From NCBI GenBank assembly GCA_951406725.2, contig OX597817.1, forward strand, positions 12,462,001-12,526,000: a DNA stretch of 64,000 bases. Reading direction: 5' to 3'. The notes beneath the pieces are model-generated. The model was given only the letters and a program-made list of their open reading frames with translations. It did not search any database and was not told the origin of the DNA. The DNA comes from Octopus vulgaris (lineage: Eukaryota). The position numbers and the translations under genes were made by a program. Shown piece by piece: positions 63,663 to 64,000 of this stretch (within the stretch, counting starts at the first letter, position 1; each line of letters starts with the position of its first letter).

Positions 63663-64000
63663 TTAATTGTCCTTTAGATTAGTAGGGGTGAGTGATATAT
63701 GTAGTTGTTTTAATTGTGTGATAGTTTATGAACGTGAGTTCACTCTTTAGGTCAGTCAGACGATATATACTATGATTCAAGGGGAACATGCAAACAACTT
63801 CACAGGTAGGAGAACGTAGACTTATATGTATAGGTCCTTTATGTTCACTCGTTTATACTCCAACAGCATTTTGTCATTGACGCCACTAAACCGAACAATA
63901 TTATCGATAAGGTGTCGAAATTGTGATGATTTTTGGTTGATAACAATTGATGGATGAGCGTCTCCACGTCCTTTGTGTGTGTTTGTTTTTGTTTTCCACA

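Noticed and set aside
63740-63810. Next OATP exon (tttAG...cacag|GTagga)
   Set aside because: The translation lacks the expected DxRWxGAWW signature, so it was not called.

Overview
AT-rich, microsatellite- and retroelement-dense eukaryotic DNA. The repeat repertoire suggests a coleoid cephalopod, probably Octopus (inference). Nearly all ORFs in the supplied track are repeat artefacts. Two spliced + strand genes can be assembled by hand with phase-consistent GT-AG exons. The first is the last nine coding exons of DALRD3 (1081-25037). The second is the first four coding exons of a divergent SLCO/OATP organic anion transporter (54567-61876, continuing past the window). The rest comprises at least four tRNA-headed SINE families, 5'-truncated RTE and CR1 LINEs, TTAA MITEs, Helitrons (one with PIF1-helicase remnants), an RLE-type LINE remnant and two decayed Penelope-like elements (PLEs). 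The most notable signal is a cluster of type I hammerhead-ribozyme motifs with palindromic stem III between 26 and 50 kb. They sit in short non-coding mobile units, several with target-site duplications or fold-back structure, including a 166-bp near-perfect inverted repeat with an intact hammerhead on each strand. Other oddities are a five-unit SINE array inside a single TSD pair, long fold-back dsRNA candidates in or near DALRD3, and a terminal-exon acceptor separated from its pyrimidine tract by about 270 nt of (ATT)n.
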